A DNA stretch of 64,000 bases from assembly GCA_951406725.2 (NCBI GenBank), contig OX597830.1:62682001-62746000 (forward strand), given 5' to 3'. The notes beneath the pieces are model-generated. The model was given only the letters and a program-made list of their open reading frames with translations, ran no database searches and was not told where the DNA came from. This DNA comes from Octopus vulgaris (Eukaryota). The first letter of the stretch is position 1. Every line of letters begins with the position of its first letter. The position numbers and the translations under genes were made by a program. Below, piece by piece: positions 12,198-24,463 of the stretch.

Positions 12198-13482
12198 ATA
12201 GAGAACCACCACAGAACATTGTTCTCTCTCTCAGATTTTGCTGTCCATCATCATCAGAATTTAACATCCATCTTTGATGGTGACCTGGGTTGGGCAGTGT
12301 TGGACCATCTGTTTTTGCGTGGTATCTACGACTAGGTGCCCTTTCTTAATACCAGCCACTTTACAGTGTGTACTGGGAGCCCCTTTCATCACATCACCAC
12401 TTGAAAGGCCGCAGAGTAACTTTGGATGATTTATGGTGTGTCCTTATCTTGTGGTTGAACATGTAGCCTAATTAGTTTTGAGCAGTTTATGTAGCTTCTC
12501 CATATTGCTTTGACATAAAATTTCTCTGAACCAATCTAATCTAAAACTTTTTGTTGATGTTTGCTGTTTTAATCATTAACATGAGGGGGTAACAATATGT
12601 TAAGATTAGGGTATAATTTGAAATATAAGATATATAATTTCTACATTGTCACGAGGCTATAAAGCATGCAAATACTTTTTATATGTTCTCAAAAATGTAC
12701 AAAAACTGAAAATTTACAATCTCAGTATCAGATATTCACTTCTTTGCATATCCAGAGTAAGCATAAATTCATTTTGACATTCCAGCATTGTTGTCAAACA
12801 AATGTGCAAAAGGAGATAAGTTATTGCACTTTTTCTATCCAGAGCAACACTTTCTTCCATGCTATCTAGAACATCATCATCTACCCCCATCTAATGATTA
12901 AGAAAAGGCAAAAAACCATCTTCACCATATGCGACTTGATTTTTCTCATCAAGGGTCACTTAACCCTCATAGGCACATTTTACGAAGTAGAGGCTCAGGT
13001 GTCAATGATGTCCACCATTTAAAGGTTAATGAATGAGAACATTAAACCTTGTGTTATTGTATTTCTGTTAAAATACTTCAATTTCGTTTAACAAAGAATT
13101 TGGATAAATGTCTGTCATTGTTAATCTAGTGTTTGTGAAGTTTTGAGATTGTGAGTATCTTTAATGTCCACTTTTCCATTCTGGCACTGGTCAGACAGAA
13201 TTTATTGAGGCAGATTTATGCCCTTTGTGTTACCAATCAAGGTAATATTTCCCTTGATCAAATGCACTTTCCACAGATGACTAGAAAGAAACTATGTCAC
13301 TTGTATGATGGTGATGCTCATTGACTGCCATGGCAAAATGTCAAGACCAAAGTGCACACATATGATGGGCTTCTTTCAGTTTTGTCAAATACTGTCTCAA
13401 GAAGTAGTCTTGTTGAATCCATGCTTACATAAATAAAACATTGAGAACTGATGTTAAATGTGATTTTGTTTGTTTGTTGCAG

Positions 13483-13584
13483 GTTGTCAAAACTCATTTA
13501 AGAAACATGATTATTGTACCCGAAATGATAGGTAGCATTGTTGGTATCTACAATGGCAAAAGTTTTAACCAAGTTGAAATAAAG
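13483..13584 (+). CDS. RPS15: RPS15 coding exon 4
   Basis: ttgcag acceptor; [34 protein letters not shown]; GTGAGT donor. Confidence 0.97.
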
Positions 13585-13767
13585 GTGAGTAAAAATTTTA
13601 GAATTGGCCATGTTTTGATCTTATTTAAATTTGGTTTAAATATTACCATATGAAATTAATTGTTCGCTAATTAGTGTTACCTGTCTTATAATAGTGACTT
13701 AGGATGTATATTTTTGCCATTAGAGGAAATGTAAAGAACTGTAGCAATTAACTAACCGACATTTTGG

Positions 13768-13998
13768 CCTCCGTGTCAGTGGCACGTAAAAGGCACCAGC
13801 CTCGTCTGGCACCTGTGTTGGTGGCACATAAAAAGGACCCACTACACTCACGGAGTGGTTGGCATTAGGAAGGGCATCCAGCTGTAGTAACGCTGCCACA
13901 TCTGACTGGCCTGGTGCAGCCTTCGGGCTTCCCAGACCCCAGTTGAACCGTCCAACCCATGCTAGCATGGAAAGCGGACGTTAGACGATGATGATGAT
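13768..13998 (+). mobile_element. SINE/non-autonomous retroelement with (GAT)n tail (family C, representative copy)
   Basis: GGCACGTAAAA..GCACCCACTACACTC..GGAGTGGTTGGC.TTAGGAAGGGCATCCAGCTGTAG...CCATGCTAGCATGGAAAGCGGACGTTA..CGATGATGAT. Many copies, e.g. 24980-25305, 25435-25730, 44440-44685, 46640-46875, 60130-60375. Confidence 0.8.
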
Positions 13999-14619
13999 TA
14001 TAAAAAAGGTGGTGAGCTGGCAGAATCATTAGCACATGGGACAAAATTCTTAGTGGTATTTCACTAGTCACTACATTCTGGTTTCAAATTCTGCTGGGGT
14101 TGATGTAATCAACTCATCCCCTCCTCTTAAATTGCTACTCTTGTGACAAAATTTGAAACCCATCGTTATTATAAAGGCAGCGACAGTTGAGCTCTGGAGT
14201 TGATGTAATTGACTTACTCTCCCCCTGAAATTAGTGGCCTTCCACCAAAATTTGAAACCATTATTTTGATAATATAAATTTTTTTTAAATTCTGTTCTCT
14301 TTCTGAAATCATTTCATATATGCTCCAATTTCCTGTTTTCATGCTCTCGTCTGACTCTTTTACTTCTGCAATCACCGTCTCCTTTATCCCATTGTTGGCT
14401 ACACCACACTATTGTATAAAGGGGACAATGTATGAAATGGGTGCGAAACAACCTCACTGCTTTTTGTGCACTCTCAGTGCATTCTGTAAAAATTAATGCA
14501 TGGGGTAACATAGGCAAGAAAGCTCTTAGTTTTTGTCTTGTGGACAAATTGGTTAGTGACATGGGAGGAATTTAACTGTAGAAAATCTACCAAAAGTAAG
14601 TTAATATCAGACAAATCAT

Positions 14620-14699
14620 TCTGGAACATTCATGATGAATCCTACTCAGCTCACTCCGATGATTGTTGTGTTGACACAAGATTACTGACTTGATCCAGA
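14620..14699 (+). ncRNA. Box C/D snoRNA, SNORD29/snR71-like, copy 1 (RPS15 intron 4)
   Basis: Terminal stem TCTGGA/TCCAGA; C box ATGATGA 14632-14638; guide CTCAGCTCACT; D' CCGA 14656-14659; C' GTGTTGA; D CTGA 14685-14688. Guide is complementary to 28S GUGAGCUGGG. Confidence 0.85.
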
Positions 14700-15369
14700 C
14701 GATCAGATTTGTTATTTTCAGGTTATATAGATCTTTATTATATTGGGATGTAGATGTTATCAAGATCAAAATGTGTTAAATGCTAGACTACTAATATTCA
14801 TATTTATCACTTATACAACCAGAGTTAAAATCTGGTTGTATTTTCTCCTAGACTAAAGCATTTGTGGTTACATGGTAATCTTAGTGCCAGCTCATGTGGC
14901 TTCCTCCTACTTTCACTTAGCAGCATTATGTTCCATGTTGGCATATATATTTAGAGGCGTGCTACTTGGTTTATGACTTTCCTGAACTGGTTGAGATGAG
15001 AGAGGATTGCAGTTTTTTACTTATCAAGCTGAATGTGTGTAGCAGCTACTCCATCCTAAAAAAACTGTTTGGCTGGTTTTAGAATATAACGTGGCAAGTG
15101 GTTCTTAAATAAAATAATTTGTTGAGATTCTTTTCATTTAAATAGGGACATTTCAAGCCTTTGAGCATTTAACCAGCCATATTTGGCCAAAATATGTTCA
15201 AACCAGCCAGATCCAATCTCTCTCACCTAAAATTTTTTTTTTTTAAACCCATTGAAATCTGGATTCTGTGAGATAATACATGATGGATTCAAAATTGTCT
15301 GAATGAACGAGCACTGCATTTGGCAGATCAGAGAGTTAGAAATATCTATGTAATTCCACACAACTCATT

Positions 15370-15446
15370 CTGGAACATTTATGATGAATCATCTCAGCTC
15401 ACTCCGATGAATAATGTGCTGACACAAGATTTCTGAATTGACCCAG
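15370..15446 (+). ncRNA. Box C/D snoRNA, SNORD29/snR71-like, copy 2 (RPS15 intron 4)
   Basis: Stem CTGG/CCAG; C box ATGATGA 15381-15387; same guide CTCAGCTCACT; D' CCGA 15404-15407; C' GTGCTGA; D CTGA 15433-15436. Confidence 0.85.
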
Positions 15447-15825
15447 GTGTTCTAAGGAATTTTAGCAGCAAACTCAAGCTCACACACCTCTCTGTCTTCC
15501 TCTATTTTTCATAGAATTTAGAATGCTAGTTTTTTGTGGGGAGATGGTCTGATATAATAACTGTGGAAGTATTCTAGTCTCCAGTCTTAATCTGAACATT
15601 TTGGTTGCTGGTTAGGGTCTGTCTAGTAACATTCATATAAAACAGGCGATCACATCATCAGCATCTTGAAGTTAATGCATAAATAAGCATTGTGTTTGAC
15701 AGAAGTCTGGATGCTAAAGGGCTCAGCCTATCAAAATTACATTTGATTCAGTTTAATAACAGTTATTTCTAAAAATAATTTTTTTAATTAATTATAACCA
15801 GAGTAGTGGTGGTGTATTTTAATAG

Positions 15826-15999
<174 letters not shown>

Positions 16000-16214
16000 A
16001 TGAAAATTATTTACTGTTTGTGTTTTCTTTGTTTTTCCTTTATAGTAGCCCAAAGTAACGACTGATGGTGGGTGTTTGGTAATTTTGGCTTTTATTTTTT
16101 ATTTATCGTACATAATAGACTGTCCAGTCTCTTTCACTCCATCCAGATAATTAGTGTTGACACTAGATTGCTAGGTCCTGGTTTACCTGATCTAACAGGT
16201 GATTAAGCAGATAC

Positions 16215-16220
16215 AATAAA
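16215..16220 (+). terminator. Likely RPS15 polyadenylation signal
   Basis: AATAAA about 215 nt after the stop, with T/GT-rich sequence downstream. A second AATAAA overlaps the stop codon. Confidence 0.5.
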
Positions 16221-16432
16221 GACTGATTGAATTTGCATGTAATATAGACAAATTTATGTATTTTTGTTTAAATCTTTTATTTATGTTCCTAAGTATATAC
16301 ACATGTGATACTAAATAATTCAACAGTCCTATGCCTAGTTAAGTGATCTCTGTTGCTGAAGTTCAAGTTGCTGGTCAGTTGTGTTCACTTGTTACTGTGT
16401 CTAGCTAATTGCCTGTCCATCAGTTTCTCTCT

Positions 16433-16459
16433 TCATGGATTACAGAGGTAGATTTGAAC
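16433..16459 (-). CDS. Pif/BMSP-like secreted protein, coding exon 8 (terminal)
   Basis: ttaacag acceptor, VQIYLCNP*; phase 0 fits the preceding exon and completes the LamG-like domain. Confidence 0.75.
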   Translation of the reverse strand, partial: VQIYLCNP

Positions 16460-17436
16460 CTGTTAATAAAAGAAAAATAATTTTAATCACACGATGTGGT
16501 TTTGTTATTCTGATGGGACTAACAACATACTACCTTTATTGGTAAATTAACCTGCCTGACAGGGGATTCGGTGAGACCAAAGTTGACCTTTAATCCATTG
16601 AAGAATCAATATTGATTTTGGCCTTGACTACATATTTATGGGAATGCATAAATGGACCTTAGTTCATGAATGGTACTGGTATTCACAGAATAATGGACAA
16701 CATTGACCATTAGATTTGAACTTAGAATTGGGAGACACAAAACTACTGCACTACTTTTCCGTCTGCTCTCAGTTACTTAAATTTGCCTGATTTGACCATG
16801 TTATTCATCAATTAGAACTGGTCAGTAAGGGTCTTTTGCTGGACTGCTGACCTTTTATATTTATGTCAAGGTAGCCATATAAAATGTACTGCTAAGTTCT
16901 TGTTTAGCTCTCTTTAATGACTTCAGTGACAGAAGGAAGTCATAGTCTTACTTAAGTCTTGTGTTCTTCCCTAGGGGACCAACCCTTGTTAAGCAGTACC
17001 TTATAGGGGCAGGGGTATTTGCTTATCTTGGTGCCAAAACTGCCCTGATTCTATGACAAAGTCTTCCTATCAAAATTTTATGTTCAAAACACCAGTTTAA
17101 AAATGAGTTCATTAAATATGACAAAGTTAAATGCTAAATTCATTATTTTCAAAATTAAAACTGTACACAGCAGAAACAGCGTAACAAAAAATGGTTAAAG
17201 AATCAGAAGTTACTAGTAAGCTGAAAGGTAATTCTTTTTAAATTGTCCCCTGCTTGTACAAGCAATTATTGGGGGTCCTTTTTTTGACATTTATGCCAGT
17301 AGGGTGTATAGGATTATTGAAGCAACTCAGAAATAGTTGTAAGCTTGTTATGTGGTGTTTATGATTATGTAACTAACAATTTATGGTGATAATCATTATG
17401 ACAAATAGGTTAATTGTACGGAAAGAAAAGGCTTAC

Positions 17437-17516
17437 CTCTTTTATTAGACCTGTGAAGCTTGGGAAATGACCACAATTACCAACAACAAAACCACTTGGT
17501 CTAGGTTCAATTTCAC
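17437..17516 (-). CDS. Pif/BMSP-like protein, coding exon 7 (LamG-like)
   Basis: tatcag acceptor; (G)EIEPRPSGFVVGNCGHFPSFTGLIKE; GTAAGC donor. Matches the LamG end motif IG..F.G.I.E. Confidence 0.82.
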
Positions 17517-19096
17517 CTGATAGCACATAGAAAGAGAACTTTAGTTTTAGTATGCACAAACACTATGTTTATATGTAAACAAAAATTGTTTAGGCAGTAA
17601 CTTTGAGAAACTTTTTCAAGGTTATGGTTGTGATTATGAAGCTAGCTTTCGAACCACATGGCTTCAGGTTCAGTCCCCCTGCTTGGTGCCTTGGTCAAGT
17701 GTTTTCTATAACTCTGAACCAACTGTGTTCTTAGATCTCTGGTAGCCGCAATTCTACAGGTGAGGCATGTGTAGGGTTATGTTGAATTTATACCTTTTGT
17801 ACACAATGTTTAGTATACTAATAAAGAAAAAGGGCAAATAGTTATTAAAAAAAGAAAATTCTTCACGTCCCTTCTGTGGACAATTTTATTAAATTTGACA
17901 CTTTAGAGACAACAGATCATTTCCATCATATTGAAGATCTGATGTCACTAAAGTAGGAAAAGATTATTTCCTTCAATTTAGTAGTATGTAAGGTAATTAA
18001 GATGTGTGTGTGCATGTAGTATAGAACTGGTCAGTACTGGAGACAGACTTTTGTGTGCGGGTGTCTAAAAGTATTAACTCATCTCTGGCGACAAAAATCT
18101 AGGTACATAGGAAAAATGTGTTGGGATAATAAATGGCACTGGGGGTGGGGATTGAATGGAGTGGAAGTAAGGGGTAGCGTCAGTGAAGGAAGAGAAAGAG
18201 GTGGATAGATTGAGATATTTATGGCACTGGTAACACATACAGACACACACGCATGTAAATTAACAGGTCAGTTTGTGAATTCAGCAAAAAGGTAAAGAAA
18301 AACTTCCATCATTGATCCAAAGGCTTTTGCAGCTGAGAAAGTTCACAGAATATTTTATATTTCTTTTGAGCATATTTTCTGAAAGTTTATACTGGAATCA
18401 CTTTGTGTTTGATTCAAAAATGCATAAAACGAGTAGTGCAAAGTAAAAGAAAGTTTGTTAATATTCTGAGGAATATTTAAAATTTACATTTATACCCGCT
18501 ATTCATGACATGCTCGTCAAATTAAGGGCGAAAAACTCGAATTTTCCAAAGTCCTCTCCACTCCCTTAGGAAGGATTTCCCACAAAATTTTTTATAATTG
18601 TAATCTATGCTATTTGAAAGGTATATATTTAAAAAAAAAAATTAAGGGCGAAAAACTCAGATCATGAATTTTCTGAAGTCCTTTTCCCCTTCCCCATTGC
18701 TTTCTGCACGTTTTTCTTTTCATATTCATTTACTACACATTTTTTGTTTCCAAGTAATATTGTAAACAATCAAATTTTGAATAACAGAAATTAAATATCA
18801 CAAGGAGGCATCAGGATTCTAGAAATGATTCAGTAGTGGGGAATGACCAAAAATTGGTTGGGTACCACTGACTGGTAGTAAACAAAAGACTTGTTTTGGT
18901 GTCCATTCCTGTCCTCCATGCAAGTGTGATTACAAGGTTATTGACCTCATTTGGAAACTGGTGGTAGCAACAGTATCCAGCTGTAGAAAACTCTGCCCCA
19001 GCCTATTTCTGTAAATTTTATATATGTATCCTGACACAAGACACTAGGAAGAGCATCTAGCTTAAGAAACCATACCTAAGTAAATCTCACAAAGGG

Positions 19097-19407
19097 GGAG
19101 TAAAGATTATTTGCCAACATAACATGGCAGTCCTGATTTAGGACAAATGTTGCTGTAATTTAGCCCCAGGAAACATCAACTCCAGCTGGCTATACGACAC
19201 GATCTGTGTCCTTATATAACCTGGAAATTGCGATACACAGATATTGTTTTGAGCTGAGTGGGGGTGCTAGATTTCCTTGTTCGAAAATATAAGGACACAG
19301 ATCGTGTCGTATAGCCAGCTGGAGACCATGTCTCCTGGGGCTAAATTACAGCAACGTTCGTCCTAAACCAGGACTGCCATGTTATGCTGGCAAATAATCT
19401 TTACTCC
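19097..19407. mobile_element. MITE/fold-back element
   Basis: About 120-bp near-perfect inverted arms starting GGAGTAAAGATTATTTGCCA, around a ~70-bp spacer. Confidence 0.75.
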
Positions 19408-19502
19408 ATACCTAAGCATGATGCAGTCCACCCACTCAGATTCTACAGAACTATGGTAGTACACACATGCACGTGGAATAAAAAGAAAAAGAACCAACTA
19501 AC

Positions 19503-19596
19503 CTTGCAATGTGACTCTCTCTGATACAGTTTGTCCCAGTTGTGCTTGGAATATTTGACCATCATAATTCAGAGTAAGGTTTTCCCACTGGTTGGG
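19503..19596 (-). CDS. Pif/BMSP-like protein, coding exon 6 (LamG-like)
   Basis: ttaacag acceptor; PNQWENLTLNYDGQIFQAQLGQTVSERVTLQ (W..L...YDG LamG motif); GTTAGT donor. Confidence 0.85.
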
Positions 19597-20721
19597 CTGT
19601 TAAAGGAATTAAGAGTGTGACACAATAATAATAAAAAATAAATGTGCACTTTTAAAGCCTGGCCAGGTTCATGGGGCCCAGTTTCCAGTTTCAATGGCGT
19701 ATGTGTTCCCCCACAGCTGGACGAGAAGCCAGTCCATTGCAGCATTACTCATTTTTGCCAGCTGAGTGGACTGGAGCAACATGAAATGAAGTGTTTTGCT
19801 CAAGAACACAATGCGTCACCCGGTCCAGGAATCGAAACCACAATCTTATGATCATGATGCTGACACCCTAACCACTAAGTCACACGCCTCCACTGACACA
19901 ATAATGCTGTCACATAAATAAGACTGGTAACAGTGATGTAATTGTTTGTACTAGGGTCTAGTCGATTATACTGACCCCCAGTGCTCCACTGGTACTTGAA
20001 AAGATGAAGGGCAAAGTCAACCCTGAAATGCTGCTAGGAATTTTGTCTGCTGGAGTTGTGATTCAGCCAGCTCACCATCTTCTACTATGATGCTTAACGT
20101 AACAGCTCTATAGCAGCATAATAGGAGTGGCTGTGTGGTAAGTAACTTGCTAAGCAACCATATGGCATCTTGGGCAAGTGTCTTCTGCTATAGCCCTGGG
20201 TCGACCAATACCTTGTGAGTGGATTTGGAAGACGGAAACTGAAAGAAGCCTGTCGTATATATGTATGTGTTTGTCTCCCTAGCATTGCTTGACAACCAAT
20301 GCTGGTGTGTTTACGTCACCTAACGGTTCGGCAAAAGAGACCGATAGAATAAGTACTGGGCTTACAAAGAATAAGTCCCGGGGTCGATTTGCTCGACTAA
20401 AGGCGGTGCTCCAGCATGGCCGCAGTCAAATGACTGAAACAAGTAAAAGAGTAAAGAGTATAGTAACACACTAGCAACATCATCATCATCATCATCATCT
20501 CTCCATGCTGGCATGGGTTGAATGGTTCGGCAGGGAATTATCCAAATTCCAACTGTCTTGTGGTGGCATGGTTTCTATAGCTGGATGCCATCCATTTAAC
20601 AGTGTGCTAGGTGCTTCTGACATGACACTGGAACAGGTAGCATTATGATTCTGATATTTGGCACAATGCCAGCAATTTTAGGGTAGGTATAGTTGACTAG
20701 TTTTTATTTTATCAACACTAC

Positions 20722-21065
20722 AGGTGCAGGAGTGGCTGTGTGGTAAGTTGCTTGCTTACCAACCACGTGGTTCCAGGTTCATTCCCCATTGCGTGGCACC
20801 TTGGGCAAGTGTCTTCTACTATAGCCTCAGGCTGACCAAAGCCTTGTGAGTGGATTTGGTAGACGGAAACTGAAAGAAGCCCATCGTATATATGTATATA
20901 TCTATGTTTGTCCCCTGAACATCGCTTGACAACCGGTGCTGGTGTGTTTGCGTCCCCGTAACTTAGCGGTTCGGCAAAAGAGACTGATAGAATAAGTCCT
21001 AGGGTTGATTTGCTCGACTAGAGGCAGTGCTCCAGCATGGCCATAGTCAAATGATTGAAACGTAA
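20722..21065 (+). mobile_element. tRNA-derived SINE (family A)
   Basis: Head AGGTGCAGGAGTGGCTGTGTGGTAAG..., central TA/TG tract, tail GCTCCAGCATGGCC..AGTCAAATGA.TGAAAC. Confidence 0.8.
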
Positions 21066-21385
21066 AAGGATGAAAGGCAAAGACAAAGTTGAACTCGGAG
21101 TGTAAAGTGCCAGACGAAATACTGCTGATCGTGTCCAGTATGCTAACGAAGCTGACAGCTCATTGTTTTAATAGTAATCCTTTAGGCACAAGGCCTGAAA
21201 TTTTGCAGGAAGGGGCCAGTCGATTACATTGACTTCCCCAGTGCTCATCTGGCCCTTATTTCCTCAATCCCGAAACCATGGAAAGCAAAACCAAACTCAG
21301 AATGTGAAGATGGGTGAAATGCCACTAAGCATTTTGTCTGGCTCACCACTTCCCAATAATATCATAAAATAACATTATCCCTTTA

Positions 21386-21620
21386 TTATGGAGATGTACT
21401 TGCATAGCAAGTAACCTGATCTGAGATCGTGTGCTGAAACAGAAAACAATTGCAGCATGAAATACGCCATTTAAAAACACACAAAAACTGTTAGATTCAC
21501 TTCAATGTTTAAATTTATTTCTCAGTGAACAGGTCGCGGTCTCAAAGCGACGAAACTATTTTGACAAATTAAATTTAAATGTCAAAATGAATCAAACGTT
21601 TCTTGCGTGTTTTTAAATTA
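21386..21620. mobile_element. Fold-back Penelope-like element with G3:C8 hammerhead variant
   Basis: Left part is the reverse complement of the tail at 41770-41910. Motif at 21520-21566 reads TCTCA-GTGAACA-G-GTCGC..GCGAC-GAAA-CTATT-T-TGACA. Confidence 0.65.
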
Positions 21621-21746
21621 ACCGTTTAGCATTCAGATTAATCTGTCAAATGTAATCCTTATTTATCCACATTGCTTTGAACGAATCCTGCATCAGCTTA
21701 TAGCATTGAGATTTTGATGAGGTAACTATTAGTTTTTAGAATAATA

Positions 21747-22191
21747 CTAGCAGCATTGCCCGGGTATGTAAGAGCCCCTAGTAGGCAACGACTAATCCCA
21801 ATCTAGTCCTTTCCCTCTAGGGAACGAAGGCGCATGTGTAGGTTGCAATGTCTTCTCTTCACTCGAATACTTCTGTGTATACGATGTTCCTAGCTGTCCC
21901 TTTGGGCGAAAACATGAAAACATCATTGCGCCTCCCAACGCGTGAACAGCCCACGTACAGCCCAGAAAATGTGTTTCATATAAAAATCTTAGATTCTCGA
22001 CCCCATGTCGAATTTATCGATTTTTTCAGAACTGGGGGAACTTTTCAAAATTTTCGCTGCATTAGTTTTGAATTATGACATTGGGCTTGGGCTATGTGTG
22101 TGTCAAGTTTCATCAGAATCGGTTGAAAGCCGTGGTCAGGGTGAGGGTACAACCTGACAGACAGACAAACTGCCGTTTATATATAGAGAGA
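21747..22191 (-). mobile_element. Non-autonomous Helitron
   Basis: Minus strand starts TC and ends CTAG, inserted between host A and T. Retains the RepHel helicase C-terminus LYVGCSRVGRRNDVFMFSPKGTARNIVYTEVFE* (21859-21960). Sits inside a TTAA-type MITE. Confidence 0.85.
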
Positions 22192-22851
22192 TTGTGCGCG
22201 ATAGGTGTGAGAGGCCACATCTGGCTAGTTTGAATATAAAGCAGGTAGAATATTTACTAAAGGGCTAAAATATTAAATGGTTATACTGAACTAACACAGT
22301 GGTCACTCAGAAATGAGGGTGACTTGTAGTATAGCTTTTGTCATTTGTTTTAGTTGCCTATGTAACCATGGAAACAGACACCTTGCAACTGTTAATCTAA
22401 CACAACATCCAGTGTGTTTGGTGCAGGAATCGAACCTATAACCTCATGATTGTGAGCTCAGTGCCTGAACCACTAAGCCATGTGTCAACAATATTAAAAT
22501 ATCAATACTGTAATAGAATTAAAGATACTTTGTTCCGTATATTATTGAGGCAATTGAATGGGAATGAACTTATATTCACTGCATCATGTCAAAAGCATTG
22601 GTACTGGTGATGTGTATAAAGCACCCAGTACACTCTGTATAGTGGTTGGCATTAGGAAGGGCATCCAGCTGTAGAAGCCATGCCAAAACAGACTATTGGA
22701 GTCAGGTACCACTCTCTGGCTTGCAAGCTCCTGTCAATCCGTCCAACCCATACCAACATGGAAAACAAACACTGAAAGATGATGGTCTCTGCTTCCAGAA
22801 ATGGTAGGACAATTACCGCATAACAACACTACTATAATTTAAAGCCTTTAC

Positions 22852-23216
22852 CGTATACTTTAGACGAAGGACTTTTGGTTCAGATTTATTTGTGTCAATC
22901 AGCATCAAAACATCCCTTGTTTTCCAGTTGAGAGCCAAAGCCACAGAGCTGGTCTTCTGACGGTTGTATTGGTAACAGTTAGATATTAAATAGTCAATTT
23001 GGTTCCTATGGCTTCCAGTGTCTTTAAACTTGATGTGAATTGTGAGCTTGTTACCAATGCGAGCACCAGAGAAGCGCCAAATTTTAATGTGGCTGTCATT
23101 ATTAAAAACACCTGCTCCTTGTTGCGGATAGACGCCAAACACAGTGAGAGGAAGACCATTCCTTGATTTATCAGCAATTTGGTCACTGAAGTCCAAGAAG
23201 AATTCTGGTTCACATT
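22852..23216 (-). CDS. Pif/BMSP-like protein, coding exon 5 (LamG/ConA-like N-half)
   Basis: ctttag acceptor; ECEPEFFLDFSDQIADKSRNGLPLTVFGVYPQQGAGVFNNDSHIKIWRFSG...LISNC...LRLKYT; GTAAAG donor. Pattern resembles the LamG-like domain of molluscan Pif-like proteins. Confidence 0.85.
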
Positions 23217-23484
23217 CTAAAGTAAAACAAATATTATTATCATTAATACATAAATGCAGGAATGGTAATGTGGTTAAGAAGTTTGCTTCCCAACCACATG
23301 GCTTCAGGTTCAGTTTTACTACATGGCACCTTGGGGTGGGGGGCAACCTAAGCCTTGTGAGTGGAAACTCTAGAAGCCTGTTGAATATATATATGTTTAA
23401 GTCACAATATACACTTTCAAGTAATCTGGTGGTACTCATAAAAGAAGCTCAACGTATCATTGTACAAACCATATAGAATATATA

Positions 23485-24063
23485 CACAGACATGCAGGAA
23501 GTAAATAGACACCTTTAAATCTTCAAAATTTCTGACCTAAATGTCTTAATAGGTTTTCAGAAGTGTAGAATTTACAATGTAATTATTCTTCTTTATTCCA
23601 GGTGCCATTATATTAAACATTTGCAAAGAGTAACCATACCATGCACAAAAAATTCAGCAGGACTGTCAGATTTTCAAAGAGGTTGTATTGTTGGGCAATC
23701 TGAGGCTGGTCTTAGCCAGCGAAAAATTGCAGAAAACCTTCAAATTCCTCTTGCTACTGTTAATAGAATTAGAGTGCAATTCAAAAGCGAAGGAAAAGTA
23801 TCTACAGATTCTCATCCCAGCCGACCTGGGCCCGCGGAAAGGAAGCTTCGCTGTTTGAAGAGAATTGTGGAAAACAAACCCCGTTCGAAGGCTTCTGACA
23901 TTGCAAAACAGCTAGAAGTAAGTCCAAGAATGTGTGTTACATATCTACATAAGCTTGGGTATTATGGACGAGCAACTAGAAGAAAACCTCTCCTTCAACC
24001 AATCAATATCAAATAAAAGATTTTGTAAATTAAAGGTGTCTATTTACTTCCTGCATGTCTGTG
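23485..24063 (+). mobile_element. Internally deleted Tc1 element
   Basis: Perfect 34-bp TIRs CACAGACATGCAGGAAGTAAATAGACACCTTTAA with TA target sites. ORF 23621-24016 encodes only the paired-like HTH region (LSDFQRGCIVG...SQRKIA...RRKPLL). Confidence 0.92.
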
Positions 24064-24463
24064 TAGATGGACAGATATAGATATAGACATATATATATTT
24101 CTTTACTACCCACAAGGGGCTAAACACAGAGGGGACAGACAAAGGGATTAAGTTGACTACATCGACCCCAGTGCGTAACTGGTACTTAATTTATCGATCC
24201 CGAAAGGATGAAAGGCAAAGTTGAACTCGGAACGTAACGACAGACGAAATACGGCTACGCATTTCGCCCAGCGTGCTAACGTTTCTACCAGCTCGCCGCC
24301 TTAACTTAAGATATAGACATATATAGGTAGATATATACTCAGATGTATGTATGTAAGGAAGTTATATACATACACAAACACACATTCACACACGTACATA
24401 TATGCATGCACATAGCATATTTTATCCTTGTTTACAAACAGAATTAAGTATGTTCCTACTTAC

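Noticed and set aside
22813-23439. 208-aa ORF as a stand-alone gene
   Set aside because: Its N-terminal part is SINE sequence; only 22852-23216 is a real exon of the Pif-like gene.
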